The notes beneath the pieces were generated by a model that did not search any database, was not told the origin of the DNA, and saw nothing but the letters and a program-made list of their open reading frames with translations. DNA of 63,979 bases, the filler included, from Perkinsus olseni (taxonomy: Eukaryota), in assembly GCA_013115125.1 (NCBI GenBank). It is 3 parts of 3 records of this genome, joined end to end, with 100 filler letters (N's around TTAATTAATTAA, not from the genome) between each part and the next. Parts side by side here need not be neighbours in the genome. Positions count along the whole stretch, not along the records: positions 47,097 to 63,979 come from JABANN010000665.1; 2 more parts are not named here. One strand, given 5' to 3'. The first letter of the stretch is position 1. The number at the start of each line of letters is the position of its first letter. The position numbers and the translations under genes are program-made. Below, piece by piece: positions 61,942-63,979 of this stretch.

Positions 61942-63979
61942 ATGACCGTTGATGCAACAGTCGTCCCCCCGACTGCCGGGACTGACGACGTTGTCGTCTT
62001 GTCTCCGCCCACTACTGCAACAACTCGCCCCAAGAAGAAGATAGTGCCGTACTACAAGCTCTTTCGCTTCGCGACAAGAGCTCAATTAATAGCCATCAGT
62101 AAGCTCGCCGTGCTCACCCTCCTGCTGCTTCGGCCAGTCGCTGTTCATCTCAGTTGGCGCGGTGTTGGCCGCTGCCGTACACGGAATGTCCCTGCCAATG
62201 TTTGCATACATATTCGGTGACCTGGTTGGTGAGTCTTTGTGAGACATCAAGCTTGACAGATTGCTAGTGTTCTTTCGCCAGACGTCCTTGGTAATCCTGA
62301 AGGTGTCGACTTCATGGACGAAATCTCTAAGCGTTGCCTCTATCTGGTATAACGCTGTTGTCTCTCGACTCCTCCCGTTCGATCTTCACCTCTTCAGGTA
62401 TACATAGGCCTTGCAGCTTTAGTTCTCGCTGGTCTTTGGCATGGGCTGCTCACATTCACGGCCCAAAGCCAAGCTACTACCATGCGGAGGGCTTATTTTG
62501 AAGCAGGTAACCCATCGCATGAAGGCTATTGCTTCGGCCTTACCGCCTTGTTAGTACTCTCCCATGACGTGGCTTGGTTCGACACTATATCGCCAGCGGA
62601 GTTGCCTACTAGAATGACGGAGGATGTCACTAAGGTACATGAATGAAGCGGGCGATCACGCTAAGCCCATCGATCTCATTCTCCCGTCTTTGGCGAAGAT
62701 TCTTGGCAGGTTCAGAACGCCATCGGCTTCAAACTTGGCGTCTTCACCATGAATTTATCAATGTTCATTTTTGGTTACGTTTTAGGATTTATAAGAGGCT
62801 GGAAGGTCGGTCTCCTGCTGACGATAGCGAGTCCGCTCTCCTTGACAGGTGTGCCTTGTGGCGCTAGCAGCCATGCCCGTGGTCATTGCCGCATCGGCAA
62901 TCCTCGGGCACGCAATGGCGCAATCTGCTAATGAATCTCAATCTTGGTATGCTCGAGCCGGTGCAGTAGCGGAAGAGGTAGTCTCAGACGGGAGGTTGGA
63001 AAAACCTGGTGAGAGCCTTTCTCCAGGTTCTGAGCTCAATTCGTACGGTAACGATGATGGGTACGCAGAAGCATGAAGTGACGAGATACACCAAGTCATT
63101 GGAAGAGGCTAGGAAGGGTGAGCAGAGTTGGTTATGTTCAAGTGACTGTGTACATTTGCAGGCGGGACGAGGTTGGGCTTTCAAGCAGGTCTGGGTCTAG
63201 GCTTGACGTTTGGTGCAATGTACTTGTCATATGCCTTGACATTCTGGTGAGCACTTGAATCGATTGTAGACGCTGTATGCCTCGTGCGGTAGGTACGGCG
63301 GTACACTAGTGCGTGACGGAGACATTAATGACGCCACTAATGAGCCGTACAATGGTGGAGACATCCTCACCATATTCTTCTCCCTTATAATGGGTGAGTG
63401 CTCCCCGTCGAGCCCATCCGGCCTCCATCTGTCTCTTCATAGGAACGTTCGGTTTGGGTCAAGCCCTCGCCCCAATGCAAGCATTCAACATTGGTAGATC
63501 GTCGGCGACTGATATTCTCGAGCTGATAGACGATAAGACGAGTGTCGTAGAGCCGCCCCTTCCGCCGAGGAGTTCCGATGGTGACAAACCTGCGGTTCTC
63601 TGATCCCGGAGCACGGCTTCGTCCTCTTAGGAAAGATAGTCGTATCGTACTCCGTGCCAAAAATGCAGAAGATGACCCTGGATGATGTCTGCTTCACTTA
63701 CCCCTCCCGGCCTGACGTCCAAGTCCTCAAGAATGTCACGCTCGATATAGAAATCGGCCAGAAGGTGGCCTTCGTTGGCGAAAGCGGGTCCGGGAAGAGT
63801 AATGAGCCTTTTTATTGGCTTGACATTGATCGTACATAACCTCATCTTGAAGGTACTATAGTCGCCCTACTCGAGCGCTTCTATGATCCAACCAGGGGTA
63901 GGGTTTTGCTGAATGGCGAAGATATCCGCACTCTGGGAGGGAGCCCCCAGTGCGTCAGGTCCATCTTCGGGTAAGGTGG
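61942..63979 (+). CDS. MDR1: Second ABCB (MDR/P-glycoprotein) transporter, tandem paralog, runs off the window end
   Basis: Contains [58 protein letters not shown] and LLERFYDP. Confidence 0.93.

Overview
This is eukaryotic, intron-rich genomic DNA. The gene families, the mostly 45-55 nt introns and the lineage-specific secreted-protein arrays suggest the alveolate Perkinsus; this is my inference and has not been checked by a search. The window is three contigs joined by N-padded TTAATTAATTAA linkers (about 23461-23560 and 46997-47096), so adjacency across them is unproven. Contig 1 carries a decayed Dada-like DDE transposase (1580-5196, minus). A 963-bp foldback-type element with an 8-bp target-site duplication (TSD) splits it exactly at its RLDxxH motif. 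That element has inverted arrays of a 15-bp-periodic motif, a perfect 44-bp palindrome and a tRNA-Ala-like sequence. Contig 1 also has a 671-aa secreted repeat protein, a 5'-truncated RTE retrotransposon, glyoxalase II, an amino-acid transporter with tRNA-like B-boxes in two introns, and a Tc1/mariner-type MITE. Contig 2 has three paralogous secreted proteins, a tRNA-like RNA, two paralogs with SH3-like C-termini, a multi-TM protein with three PX-like domains, KIF-binding protein, an acidic secreted protein and a PepD dipeptidase. Contig 3 has two aspartic proteases, four TVP15/COPI-associated paralogs and two tandem ABCB (MDR) transporters. Exon boundaries were read by eye, and gene spans include introns.
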